A DNA stretch of 64,000 bases from an uncultured Bacillota bacterium (GTDB taxonomy: Bacteria; Bacillota; Clostridia; Peptostreptococcales; Anaerovoracaceae), in NCBI GenBank assembly GCA_946614255.1, contig CAMOGS010000048.1, forward strand, positions 18-64,017, read 5' to 3'. Made by a program: the position numbers and the translations under genes. Every line of letters begins with the position of its first letter. Positions within the stretch are counted from its first letter, which is position 1. Of this stretch, positions 18,010-29,200 are shown one piece after another. Below the pieces are notes generated by a model. The model was not told where the DNA came from. It was given only the letters and a program-made list of their open reading frames with translations, and ran no database searches.

Positions 18010-18280
18010 AATATAAACTCCTTTCCCATCCTGTTGCCAGTCTTGCAGATATAATTCTAATATTATCCCTACGTTCTGTATAGACTACAAAAATCACATC
18101 ATGGACTAGCCCCAACACATTATACCTATCTTCCGTTTTGCTATGCTCTTCATCGTACCATTCCAGATAGTCTTCATCATTAAAAGCAAGCATTGCTGTT
18201 GAAAAATCGATTCCGTGCTTTTTTATATTCAAGTTTTCTTTTTCAGAATCCCACTCGAATATACCCCTGATAATATTCAA
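17996..18280 (-). CDS. brnT: BrnT-family (DUF497) ribonuclease toxin
   Basis: FEWDSEKENLNIKKHGIDFSTAMLAFND...IRIISARLAT matches the BrnT signature. The TTG at 18280 after GGAGG is preferred. An alternative ATG lies at 18307. Confidence 0.75.
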   Translation of the reverse strand: MNIIRGIFEWDSEKENLNIKKHGIDFSTAMLAFNDEDYLEWYDEEHSKTEDRYNVLGLVHDVIFVVYTERRDNIRIISARLATGWERSLYYDRD

Positions 18281-18410
18281 TTGTTTTCCTCCAATCCCTA
18301 ATAACATTATACACCTATTGTTGATTCCTGCAAGGCGAACTTACGATTGCATTTCTTGTTTGTTTTTCCATTATCTTCCATATGTAAATATTTGTCAATA
18401 GCTTTGATAA

Positions 18411-18444
18411 AAAATCCACCTTAGGTTGCCCCAAGGTGGATTTT
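18411..18444 (-). terminator. Terminator of giant gene 2 (right copy of duplicated terminator)
   Basis: 12-bp stem AAAATCCACCTT/AAGGTGGATTTT with a 10-nt loop, then a T6 run on the minus strand. Confidence 0.7.
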
Positions 18445-18509
18445 GGTTGCCCTTGATTTAATTGCGCTATTCCTGCGCATTTGTCGCGCTCTAAGCTGCG
18501 CGCTTATAC

Positions 18510-21500
18510 CTAAACTGCGAATGTGCCTGCAGGGATTGGGAATGACAGGTATACATAACAGTCACTGTCAGACACAAAATCAGCACTGTTGTATGTTGCC
18601 CAGAATGTATTATCAAGAAGGTTAGTGTCACCCGAGAATATATCTGAGCCAAGGTCATCATTTAATACAGGCTCGTCATCTAGCAGCACTGAACCGTGGA
18701 TGTTTCCGCTGCCTTCGTCCATTCTGCAAAGGACTGCCCTTGGGAATTCAGAAGCGGCTGTCTCCGGCGTGTACATGAAGTTTCCATCCACAATTTCAAT
18801 AGGATCTATTTCTCCTGCACGGAACATTACCTTTACAATAGCTTTTATAAGGTCACCGTTATCTTCAATTTCATTAAAGTTCGTGCCTACAGCTATGCTG
18901 CGTTTAAGGGTACCACCGTAGAGTTTCACCTCCGCACCCTCTCCAATATTGATTAGGCCAGCGTTATCTGCGGTGATAACTGCACTCCCGCCGCTTTCAA
19001 AGCTGCAGCTTACCTCTCTGCTATCCCAAATGCAGCCGGAACCGTTCTGCGTCATCTCGCCGCCTGCAGCGACTGCAATGCCGACATTTGTTCCGCCTTC
19101 AATGTTTATATTACCTTCATTCGAAAGCAAGCTGCCCGCGCCTATTGTAACAGTAGCGCCTTCGCTAATGATATTGCTGTCACTCATGTTAGCGAGGATT
19201 GCTCCATCGGTAATCGTTACAGGTGTTCCACCAATGTTCAATATACCGCTGTTTGTAACAGTTGCGCCACCACTTTGGATATTGAATGCGCCAACACTAC
19301 CGGTGCCGTATTCAGACAGCGTAAACATGGCGTCGTTTGACAAACAGCCTGCATTTGTTACATTAACATATTTCGCTTCAATAGCACCGATGTTGGTGAG
19401 CATCGCGCCTTCGTGCTGAACATTCAGTGTCTGCGTCTTTATTGAACCGCTGTTTATAAACTCAGCATTTTCATCGACCGTAACCGTAGTTGCGCCAAAG
19501 CTATAGTCCTGAGAATCCGATTCTGTCCTTACATAAACCTTTTTGCCATCTTCGGCGCTAAGGGTTACCCTTACGGTTCCAAAATTAATGCCTGCGCCGG
19601 TGATAAGCACCGCCTTGTTTGCTGTTTCTGCGCTTATTTCAACATCATTCGCGTAGGTATCAGGAACGGTTCTGCGTGAGTCACCTGTGTCCCAGTAGAT
19701 GCTGCTGTAAGTCGTACTCGACATAGCGGCAAGTACTTCATCTATGCCTACACTTGTACCCATCTCAGCACCATTCACATACTTCATATATGAGCTGTCA
19801 TTCACAGCCACATACCTTACATCGTAATTACTGCTGTCGCTCCAGTTTTCACGGTTTGACTCATCAAAGACTCCGTCCGTTACGACAAGGCCGGTAGTGC
19901 TGCCGCCGCCTTCAGGCCGCAGGGTATAGGTGTAGGTTGCCGTCGCCGGATCGATGTAGTAATTATCTACGTACATTTGCGGTGTAGCGATAGGATTTTC
20001 CGCATCGGCGTCGACATAGCACTCAATGCCTGTTACTGTCACGCAATATGTTCCGGCACCGCTTACTGCGGAATGAGTCGTAATCAGTTTATAATAGCCG
20101 AAATCCTCCCCATTAAGTTCATACCACCCAACCGTCGGCATGTAGTAGGAACCGGAAACTGCCGGACCACTCACAATGTACGGAACAACCGGAACGTCGG
20201 TTGTGTATGGATAAGCCGCTCCTGAGGCCGCAAGGCTTTCCGCCGGTACGATTTCCGGCTCAGGAAGATTCTCAATGTCTAAAGCATTAGGCACATCCGG
20301 ATGCACCGTAAACCACTTTACGCCGACTGCAGCACGAGTGATATCTATTGTGAAGTTGCCTGTAAATGCGCTGCCCGTCGGATATTTCGGAAGTGCAAAG
20401 TAGTAGTAATATCCGCTACTTAGAACATCGACTACTCCTATTTCTTGTACAAGCGTCTCCCTATTGGAGATAAGGTGCCAGTCATTGTATGTAAGTGTTC
20501 TGCTTGTGACGCTTGGAAGCTGCTCGCCTCCGATGCTCGACTGCACTTGCGCAAGACTTTCCTCAGTCGCCACGAAATCGCCGCTTTCAAAAATCGCCTT
20601 CATGGAAGCTAAGAAAGGAGTATAGTCAACTCCGTTCGGATTATCGGCATTAAAATCGTCGTCGTTAAACGCCCAAATCCAGTAGTCACTCTGCTGAACT
20701 GCACTTAGACTTACCGGCGAATGAGGGTCGCCATCATATGTTCCGCTGTATCCTGTGAGCCAACCGTCAGCTTCAGTTCCGGCGCCGCTTACGATATTGA
20801 TATGCGTTCCCGTAGGGTCAGTTGTGCCAACTACCACGAAGCTGATTGACAAAGCCCCGTCTGTGGCGTAGAGATTTGCCGTTTCCTTCTTGCCGCTTAC
20901 GGTATTGCCATTATATGTGTATGTGATACCCGAAGTTGTTGCGTAGTATGTTCCCGCCTCCGTATAAGAGTCTCTTTCCGGATAGCCAAGGCTGATGTTA
21001 ATCCTGCTTTCCGAAAGCTCGGCACTATCTTCGTCAATTATGTAATCTTGAGTGATTTCGACAAACTCACCATCCACAATTATTCCGATTTTCGGCGTTC
21101 CCAAATGGAGATCGGGTACTTCAGATATAGATATGGTTGTTCCGTCCGTAAACTCTTCGTCCGGCTCGTACTCGTAATACCACTTGGTCGCAATCGCTGC
21201 CTTTGTGATATCTACCTCGAAATTGCCGGCATAAGCATTATTCTGTGCAGTCTTCGGGATTGCTACATACCGCCACGAGCCGGAATCTACAACATTCTTT
21301 GCAAAGAGTGCATCCAAGGCTTGCCATGCCTCGCTGCTGTATTCATGCTGGTTTACGAATCCCGTAGCATGGTCGATACTAATAGCGTTTAATTGCTCCC
21401 TTATAGCCGAAAGAGAGGCTGCCATGGTATCGGTAGCCTGTGCCGGTGTGCATTCGCCAAGAAGCGCAGATGCAGAAGACTTTACTGTGTTAAATGACTC

Positions 21501-24500
21501 GGTTTCTTCCGGTCCAAAGAGCCAAATGTAGTAGTCCTCCTGCTGAATAGCAGTCGGGCTGATTGCAAGATGATTTTGCGTATCATACGTTCCCGTGTAT
21601 CCCGCCAGCCAGCTGTTTGCAGCAGCGCCGCTTACGATAGTAAGCCCTGTCGGGTTGGTAGCCACTTCATAAGTGCCTGCAGGTGCAGGGAAGGAAATCT
21701 TGTTGAAGACTGCTGCGCCCGGGGTGCTCTGTGCATCGCTTGTTACGTAGAAGTAGCCGCTTGTCTGCTCAATGCCGGTGCCTGATACAACAGAGCCGTT
21801 TATAGCATATCTTTCAGCTTGTGATCCGGAGTTGTTAAATTCGCACTTTATTGCCTGTGCAGTATCACCACCGTTTTGCGGAGTGTAATTCATGGCTTCA
21901 ACTGCTAATCTGGAACCTATAATTGCCTTTGCAATTGTTTCAAGCCTTAACCTCTCGTTAGCCGGATTTAACGGAACATTGTTAGTTATTAACTTTTGAA
22001 TGCTTCCTCCATATATATTTACGGTACCAACGGAACTGTTTGAACCGCGGAAGCCAAAGGTTGGATAATTTGCAGACGCGTCTGTACCTGCAAATGTTCC
22101 TGTTTCATCAAACGCTGAAGGTTTATAATCTCGAACATATACATTATCAGGATTTACACCTGTCGGAACCTCCTGTGTGAATGTGCCGCCGTGAATATCC
22201 AAATAATCCTCGTGTGTCTCCGAAATGTCAATTTTGCCTCTGTTAAGAAGCGTTGTACCTTCTGTTATCCACAGTCCGCACGGGATTACCATATGCCCTT
22301 CGTTGATAAGCGCGCCGGTGCCGTTAATAACTGTAGGCGATTCCAATCCGGCTGCGATTTCTCCGGCTGCAGCATTTTTGAATGTACCATTGCCATCTAA
22401 ATAAGCATTGCTCATGCCACTGTCTTTGAACTTCACCAGACCTTCATTTATAAATTCAGCGCCCGATGTGACAGTTATGCTGCTCAGGCTTGTAAGCCTG
22501 CCGCTGTTTATGATATCCACACCGCTGCCTACACTGATATTCGCTGACTCAATTGCAGTCTGTGAGGTTCCTGCAGCTGCCGCAGAACCATCGCCGACTC
22601 TTACAAAGAGCTTGTTGCTGCCGACTGCGCTAAAGGTTGTATAGCCTGCGGTCGCGATTCCCGGACCGCTGATAAATACAGCTTTGTTTGTGGTGGTTGC
22701 AATTATTTCGAAGTTTCCGTCGAGATGTAGCTGCTCATACATCGGATTATCAGCCCTAGGTACAAACAGCTCTGCCGCATCCGCAGGGGTAGGTTCCCAG
22801 TAGATGCTGCTGTTAGTTTCGCCTGCGTCTTTAAGCCAGTCACTTACCGTGTCAAGGCCAATTGGTTCATTCACAAATTCACCGTGCCTGTATAATTGAT
22901 ATTCCATGAGGCCGAAGTCATTAGGTTCCCCTGCAATGAGCGCAACATCATACTTTGTATAATCGCTCCAGTTTGCACGGTTTGAATCATCAAAGACTCC
23001 GTCCGTTACGGCAAGCCCCGTAGGCTGCGCCGGCTCAACATATTCCGTAAACGAAGCATCCGACCCTGCGATTGGGAAGGTAATCTGTGCATAAGCCGCG
23101 TTTGGATAGCTTGCTGCGCCAAAAGTTGTATTGAGCTCTGTCGCCCAAATATTTTTGCGCGTGATTGAACCGCCCATAGGATTGCTGTCCGTCGCCGTTG
23201 AAAGCGTCGTCACACCGTTATTTATAAACGAGCCCGCAATATTATTTCCGCCCGCAGCTGTATAATAGAACTTGTACGCTCTTGCCTGTGTTCCGTCAGG
23301 TGCAGTATATGTAAATGCCCTGCCGCTGTCCATAGCATGCATGGTCATATAGTTTCCAAAGCTTGCGTATACGAGCGTCTTTATATAATCATCAGGAAGC
23401 GTATATCCCGTAGCCACATTCAAATCGCGCTTCAGGCTGCCGCCGTAGATTTCGACATTTCCGCCACCCATAATATTGAACATCGGATGTGGTGGGTTCG
23501 GCTCCGTCGTTTCCGCATTAAGCAGTGTCTGCCGCTTGTCCCATATTGTGCCGCTCTCCTGTGTCAGGAAGCCGCCCCGCAGATATATCGTCTCTGCTGC
23601 ATTTTCATGCATTGTGAGATTTCGGTAGTTTACAAAATCGCCCGAAACAGTCATGCTGTTCATCAATGTGACTGTACCGTTGTTTGTAACATAAGTATTT
23701 GCGCCTACATTCAAATTCGGAACCTTGAACCTCGTTCCTTCATCACTTGCCGTAAGCCCCGCACCATCACCTATCTTTACAACCAGCAGTCCTCCGCCGG
23801 ATACCATGCTTATCGTGCCGCTTGTTTCAAAGCCGCAGTCGATTCCTGCGCCGGAAATGTAAATTGCGCGGTTTGAAGCTGTAGCTGCCATGGCCTGCGC
23901 TGCGCTCAGCACGTCAGGTGAAAGATACTGCGCAGTCCTGCCGGTATCCCAAAGAATCGTATTGTAGGTGTTCGATGAAGAACCCAGCGCCGCGAGGACT
24001 TCGCTCACAGTATGCCCCTCAGTTACTTCGCTCTGCGTTCCCGGACCGTTCACCCTCGCGTACTTTGTGTAAGTGCTCTCATTTCCGTCATTCTCCGCAA
24101 TAAATGCGAGATCGTATGTCGTATAGTCACCCCATGTTTCACGGTATGCCGCGCTGAAGAAGTCCTGATTTGCAACAACGCTTCCAACAGGAGGCGCCGC
24201 TACTCTGTAGGTATACTGCATATTTTGCCCCGACAAGAAGTAATTGTCGGTTTGAGTTCTGCCGGTGTAATTAGTGCCGTCATCATCTTGTATGTAGGAT
24301 GCGAGCCGCACGGTATATTCGCCTGCACGGCCCTGAGGAGCATCACCTGCCACAACCGGCTCGAAAGTGACATCGACTCCTCCGGAGCTGATGGTATCAG
24401 CTGCTCTGTAATCATCATCCGCACCAAATATTGCGAAATCCTGCGGAGTTCTGTATACGCCTATTACCGGCACCACAGGAATCTGCTCCGTACCTGCAGG

Positions 24501-26090
24501 GAATAAGGCATTCTGCGCTACTTCCTCATTTGTTTCGCGGTCATACCACTTTATCGAAATCTCTGCTTTACCAATTAATACCCGAACATCGCCATACCTG
24601 CTGCCGGCTACATCGCCCTTTTCGATTGCGAAATAGTAATATACGCCGCTGTCAGCCACATTTTCTACTGTTTGGCTGTCCGAAGTTGCCAGATTACTGT
24701 CAAACTCAGCGAGGTCGTCACTCCAGTAGTTTCTCAAATAAGCACCGAACGCCGGCACACCGCCGGGAGTTCCCGCCATGCTCTCGCTTACCTCGGCATA
24801 CTCGCTTTCCACACGGCTGTAAAGCGCAACCAATTCATTATATCTATCCGCATCATTGAAAAACCATATATCGTAGTCAGCAAGCCTTGCTGAAAGGTTT
24901 GTCGCTATCGCATGGCTTTGGCAGTCATATGTGCCCGTATAGCCGGTAAGCCAAGCTTCCTCCTGCTGGCCGCCCGAGCTGCTGCCGCCGCCTGTAGAAG
25001 GACGCGTAGTTGGAGTATCCTCCACTGTCACAGCATTGCCATCGAATACGGCCTTGCCTGCGTCAATGCCTGCGCTTTGCTGCACGCTGACATTTTCGAA
25101 AACCTGCTCGGAAGCTGCGCCTTCTGCGCTGCCGCTGCCTGCGTCTGTCTTTGCGCCTTCAATTGTCTGTGCCGCTGCTTCGGTCTGCTGTACAGCCTGC
25201 TGCTCTTCGCCGGCTATCTTTTCATCGAGAAGCTGTGGGTCTGAGACTGCATCGCTAATCTGCTGCAGCGCATTATCCGCAACCTGCAGAGTTTCCAGAG
25301 CTGCGCCGGCCTGCTCCACAATCTTTTCCGTCGAAGCCTGTAATGCTTCGCCCACAGGCATACCATTTTTGATTGCGGCATTTTCGATGATTGCTCTCGC
25401 GCCGAAGTTGTCAATCTCAAGCTCGGACTTTTGGATGAGCTGCTCAGGCGCCGGTAACGAAGGGGTCAGTAAACCCGGAGTGCCCGGAGTACTCGGAATG
25501 TCCGGAGTTAATGCGAAAGTGAGCTGCTCGCCGGCAGAGAGTTTGGCTGATGGACCTATTCCGATGCCCGGCTTTATTTCAGTCTGTCCGGAGAAAAGCT
25601 GCATGGTGGTTTTTTGATTTAGCCTCAAAGATGAGAAGGGTCTGGTGACCACCTGCATTGTACCGCTCGTTCCACGGATGCCGGTGGTGAGGTTGCTCGT
25701 TTTGATGTTCATCGACTCATTGCCCGAAAGCTTTTTTTCAACGTCAAAATAGAGTTGCCCGCTCTTTAGAGTAATTTCAATCTTTTTGCCCGACTTTTCA
25801 ATCTTTACCTTTGTGTTCTGGTCGAGCTTTATAGCCTTTGCGTCATCAAGGCTGATGTAGCAATACGAAGCTGCTGCGGTCTTTACAGTATATCCCGTAA
25901 GGAGCTTCGTGCCGTCAGACGGTGTTACGTCCTTTCCTTTCTCGGTCGCAATCTTTACGGTGCCGCTGGTGCCCGCAATTTTCATGACCGTTGCACTTGC
26001 ATCACCTGCAGAGTCTGCCGCAAAAGCAGAGGCTGCGCCGAATGTGAGCACGAGTGCCAGTGTCAGGATCAAACTAAATACTTTTCTCAT
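18510..26090 (-). CDS. Giant secreted repeat protein, paralog 2 (2526 aa; FecR-like domain + modules A1-B1-B2-A2-A3-B3)
   Basis: Signal peptide MRKVFSLILTLALVLTFGAASAFA and a FecR-like block. There are three W-L-x-G-Y-(T/S)-G-T-Y-D modules with GxYYYFA and KW motifs. There are also three beta-helix-like modules, each ending (I/L)YGG(S/T)(L/I)(K/Q)(R/K) ... (S/T)FP(I/A)(P/A)(A/G). Confidence 0.88.
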   Translation of the reverse strand: MRKVFSLILTLALVLTFGAASAFAADSAGDASATVMKIAGTSGTVKIATEKGKDVTPSDGTKLLTGYTVKTAAASYCYISLDDAKAIKLDQNTKVKIEKSGKKIEITLKSGQLYFDVEKKLSGNESMNIKTSNLTTGIRGTSGTMQVVTRPFSSLRLNQKTTMQLFSGQTEIKPGIGIGPSAKLSAGEQLTFALTPDIPSTPGTPGLLTPSLPAPEQLIQKSELEIDNFGARAIIENAAIKNGMPVGEALQASTEKIVEQAGAALETLQVADNALQQISDAVSDPQLLDEKIAGEEQQAVQQTEAAAQTIEGAKTDAGSGSAEGAASEQVFENVSVQQSAGIDAGKAVFDGNAVTVEDTPTTRPSTGGGSSSGGQQEEAWLTGYTGTYDCQSHAIATNLSARLADYDIWFFNDADRYNELVALYSRVESEYAEVSESMAGTPGGVPAFGAYLRNYWSDDLAEFDSNLATSDSQTVENVADSGVYYYFAIEKGDVAGSRYGDVRVLIGKAEISIKWYDRETNEEVAQNALFPAGTEQIPVVPVIGVYRTPQDFAIFGADDDYRAADTISSGGVDVTFEPVVAGDAPQGRAGEYTVRLASYIQDDDGTNYTGRTQTDNYFLSGQNMQYTYRVAAPPVGSVVANQDFFSAAYRETWGDYTTYDLAFIAENDGNESTYTKYARVNGPGTQSEVTEGHTVSEVLAALGSSSNTYNTILWDTGRTAQYLSPDVLSAAQAMAATASNRAIYISGAGIDCGFETSGTISMVSGGGLLVVKIGDGAGLTASDEGTRFKVPNLNVGANTYVTNNGTVTLMNSMTVSGDFVNYRNLTMHENAAETIYLRGGFLTQESGTIWDKRQTLLNAETTEPNPPHPMFNIMGGGNVEIYGGSLKRDLNVATGYTLPDDYIKTLVYASFGNYMTMHAMDSGRAFTYTAPDGTQARAYKFYYTAAGGNNIAGSFINNGVTTLSTATDSNPMGGSITRKNIWATELNTTFGAASYPNAAYAQITFPIAGSDASFTEYVEPAQPTGLAVTDGVFDDSNRANWSDYTKYDVALIAGEPNDFGLMEYQLYRHGEFVNEPIGLDTVSDWLKDAGETNSSIYWEPTPADAAELFVPRADNPMYEQLHLDGNFEIIATTTNKAVFISGPGIATAGYTTFSAVGSNKLFVRVGDGSAAAAGTSQTAIESANISVGSGVDIINSGRLTSLSSITVTSGAEFINEGLVKFKDSGMSNAYLDGNGTFKNAAAGEIAAGLESPTVINGTGALINEGHMVIPCGLWITEGTTLLNRGKIDISETHEDYLDIHGGTFTQEVPTGVNPDNVYVRDYKPSAFDETGTFAGTDASANYPTFGFRGSNSSVGTVNIYGGSIQKLITNNVPLNPANERLRLETIAKAIIGSRLAVEAMNYTPQNGGDTAQAIKCEFNNSGSQAERYAINGSVVSGTGIEQTSGYFYVTSDAQSTPGAAVFNKISFPAPAGTYEVATNPTGLTIVSGAAANSWLAGYTGTYDTQNHLAISPTAIQQEDYYIWLFGPEETESFNTVKSSASALLGECTPAQATDTMAASLSAIREQLNAISIDHATGFVNQHEYSSEAWQALDALFAKNVVDSGSWRYVAIPKTAQNNAYAGNFEVDITKAAIATKWYYEYEPDEEFTDGTTISISEVPDLHLGTPKIGIIVDGEFVEITQDYIIDEDSAELSESRINISLGYPERDSYTEAGTYYATTSGITYTYNGNTVSGKKETANLYATDGALSISFVVVGTTDPTGTHINIVSGAGTEADGWLTGYSGTYDGDPHSPVSLSAVQQSDYWIWAFNDDDFNADNPNGVDYTPFLASMKAIFESGDFVATEESLAQVQSSIGGEQLPSVTSRTLTYNDWHLISNRETLVQEIGVVDVLSSGYYYYFALPKYPTGSAFTGNFTIDITRAAVGVKWFTVHPDVPNALDIENLPEPEIVPAESLAASGAAYPYTTDVPVVPYIVSGPAVSGSYYMPTVGWYELNGEDFGYYKLITTHSAVSGAGTYCVTVTGIECYVDADAENPIATPQMYVDNYYIDPATATYTYTLRPEGGGSTTGLVVTDGVFDESNRENWSDSSNYDVRYVAVNDSSYMKYVNGAEMGTSVGIDEVLAAMSSTTYSSIYWDTGDSRRTVPDTYANDVEISAETANKAVLITGAGINFGTVRVTLSAEDGKKVYVRTESDSQDYSFGATTVTVDENAEFINSGSIKTQTLNVQHEGAMLTNIGAIEAKYVNVTNAGCLSNDAMFTLSEYGTGSVGAFNIQSGGATVTNSGILNIGGTPVTITDGAILANMSDSNIISEGATVTIGAGSLLSNEGNINIEGGTNVGIAVAAGGEMTQNGSGCIWDSREVSCSFESGGSAVITADNAGLINIGEGAEVKLYGGTLKRSIAVGTNFNEIEDNGDLIKAIVKVMFRAGEIDPIEIVDGNFMYTPETAASEFPRAVLCRMDEGSGNIHGSVLLDDEPVLNDDLGSDIFSGDTNLLDNTFWATYNSADFVSDSDCYVYLSFPIPAGTFAV

Positions 26091-26195
26091 GCGCGTTCCC
26101 TTCTTTATATTACCTTTATCTACTTAATTAAATTTAGACAGTTTATTATACAACAAGCTGAAATAATATGAAAGCAAAAACGCAAAAAATAGACG

Positions 26196-26227
26196 AAAAC
26201 CACTCTATCTGCAGATAGAGTGGTTTT
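26196..26227 (-). terminator. Terminator of giant gene 3
   Basis: AAAACCACTCTATC-loop-GATAGAGTGGTTTT followed by a T6 run on the minus strand. Confidence 0.7.
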
Positions 26228-26245
26228 ATGAAAAAACGCATGTTT

Positions 26246-29200
26246 TTATGGAACTACCGTAATCGGAATATCCGTAAGCTCGGTGATAATCGTGCCGTCG
26301 GCTGCGAGCAGCTCGTCAAAATAGTATAAACCATCATCTTCATGGATTCTACTTGTATATCCGAGAGTTGCGCCCTCCCAGTTTACCTCATCAGGGTCGA
26401 ATCCAAAGCCGCTCATTCCATATTCACCTGTATTGTCAAATACAAGCGAGTGAGCGTATCTGTCCGTATAGTTTCCTCTGAGTCTGAAGAGCTTTCCATC
26501 ACCGTCAATGATATAGAATCTGCAGTTCACCGCACCGCCGACTATGCTACTGCCCACTTCAAGCATTGAGCCCTCTTCGAATGTAAGGGTGAGGGTTGCG
26601 TCGGAGCTGTCATATACTGCCGAAGGGCTAGGCTCCTGTGTTGTAGCCGCTAATATAGCTGTAGCTCCAACCGGTTCCGAATCTACTTCTATTGTCTCGA
26701 GTGCCATATTCTTGCTGCCACTGTTAAGTCTCACAAAGAACCTGCCCTCAGGCACCTCACTCGGCAACCAATCTTCATCAATATGGAAGAAGGTAGTGCC
26801 AAGCTGCTGTGTATGGTTGTCGTTCCATCTGAACTCGTCGGTCCAGTCCATATCCGAGCCTTGTATCTGAGTTGAGTTATCCCAGCTGGTTCCGTACTTA
26901 ATCATATAAGTGCCGTTGGTAGTCGGATTCAAAAGCCTTCCTCTGAGGTCGACTCTGATGAGGCTCCTGTCCTCCGATGCGGCTACGCTGTCTATATTAA
27001 CTGCCGAATCCTGAATAGGGATAGGATTTTCTGCCGTTATTGCGGCCATAGGGTTTCCGTTCGTATCTGCAACCGCAGTTCCGTTATAGGTAAGGCCCAT
27101 ATTCATGCCTTCAAGGCTCTCCACACCAAGCTCCATAAAGTAGCGCGTTCTGCCGCTTACTGCAGCGGTTGTCGAAACGCTTACAGAGCTGATTGTACCT
27201 GCTGCGCCCGTAAAGCCAAAGCCCTCTCCGTTAGTCGGCACATCTACGTCTTCGCTCATTTCGACAACAATTTTGTTTCTCGCTCCATTTAAGAATGCCG
27301 ATAAAATGCGAGGTGCTACAGTGTCTCGAGCGTTCTCAGTGCCTGTAATGTACAGCTCGCCGAATTGCTGACTAGCCGCCACAAAAATCGGCTGGTCTGA
27401 AATTACATTACCCTGCTTTAGGATAAATGCAAAGAATGCGCCGGAGTCAGCATCCTGCCACTCATTAAAGTCTATACTTATCGTTTCTTCGTCTGCCGAG
27501 TCTATACGCCCGTAGACAAGTGCACTTGCCTGATTTACATAGTTTGAATGCCCGTGAAGCACATCATAGGAATCAGGGTAGCCATTACCTCGTTTTCCTA
27601 CAAATATTCCGTAAACCTCCGTATCCGCTGCCTCTGCAAGCTTTAGTGTTATATCAAAGCCATCTGCTCTGCAAGCTACCTGCGGATATCCATCCGCAAA
27701 GCCAACGATATTGCTGCTTAATATCGGCTGTGATGTTATAGGGTTACCCTCCGCGAGGCGGTAGGTGAAGGTGAGGTTGCTGCCTATTACATTGCAGTTT
27801 CCATCGTTAGCCGGGCAGTTTCCACCCTCGTTAAGAGGTGTTACTGTTGCCCCACCCATTTTAGGATTCATATATTCAATGCCCGTAACCTTTACGGTAT
27901 AAAGTCCGTCTGAGCCTTCAACAGGATTGGATGTTACAAGGCTATAACCACTGCCAAGGGAAACAGGGACTTTAGCCCCGCCCGTGCCGAGCATATATGT
28001 GTATGGACCCACGTCAACATATCCGTAATCATTAAGAGTGAGCGTTGAATCCGATGGTACATCGGTATAGGTTCCTGCTCCAAAGTTGTACATGCCCCAG
28101 CCGATATAAAGGTCTGCAGGCTCGATTACAACAGGAGTTCCGCCCGTCTTTATATCGTTAAGGTTTCCCTGCTTTGGAATTGCGTAGTATAGATATCTGC
28201 CGGTACGTGAAACGCTACGCACAGTCTCATAGCTTCCCGCAGGGTCGTAGAAATCCCAACCAAAGCCACCGCTTGCTGTGGAACTCAACCTCGTGATTAC
28301 TTCATCAAGATTAAGACCTTGACTTCTAAGCGCTGACCAAGAGGTTGCTATGTTTCTATACTTTTGTCTCTCACTAGAGCTGCTTCCGTCAAAGCAGAAG
28401 ATATAATAGTTATTTGCCTGGTCTTCTGTCAGATTAAACGCAGGATGATCCTGTCCGTCATATGTGCCGGTATATCCTGTAATCCAGCCCGGTTCTATTG
28501 TGTAGCTGTATGTATATTCACCTGTCAGGGAGAAGTTTGGTGTCTCGTAAACATATTCCGGCTCAGGATCTACAATCGGAATGCCATGTCCGATACTTGA
28601 CGGAGTGGTAACTGCAATACAATTAACCTTTACCGTGCCGGAGTTTGCGGTAAGTTTAAAGCCGCTGGCATAGCCCGGAGCCAATGTAAATATTTCTGTT
28701 GGCTGTCCATTATCGTCAAATCCTGCAATATCCATCGATATCGGCTCAAATATACCATCAGGCGATACAATGCCAAGCTGCGCGCTTACAGGAATCTCTG
28801 TCGTATCCGAAGGGAAAGTGCCTGAATTGCCGGTGACTTCATTTCCGCTTGCATCTACCCATCTAACCTCAAGTTCCTTTCTTGAAATCCTAACATGGAG
28901 TGTACCTGTCTTTTCCTCGTAAGGTGCTGTATGCCCTATTGCGTAGTAAGGATAGTCACCACTGTCAGCGACATACATTACCTCGCTGATATCTTGCCTA
29001 TTATCACTTATGTCATGTTCATTGCAATAGTTGTTCCTAAATTCATTATTGTAGAGAAGATATTGTTCCACTACCAGTCTGTAATAATCCGGTTCTGGCT
29101 CGCCTGCCTCAGCAAGGCTTACCTTTACCTCTTCATAGTTTGCCTTTGCATCCGCGAGGACTGCCGCAAAGGATGTATATTCCTCTACAGTCTTAAATAC

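Noticed and set aside
17650-18054. Plus-strand 134-aa ORF and minus-strand ORF 17724-17918 across the TA cassette and palindromes
   Set aside because: They overlap the better-supported brnT/brnA-like genes and the terminator hairpins. They have no SD and a hydrophobic junk-like composition.
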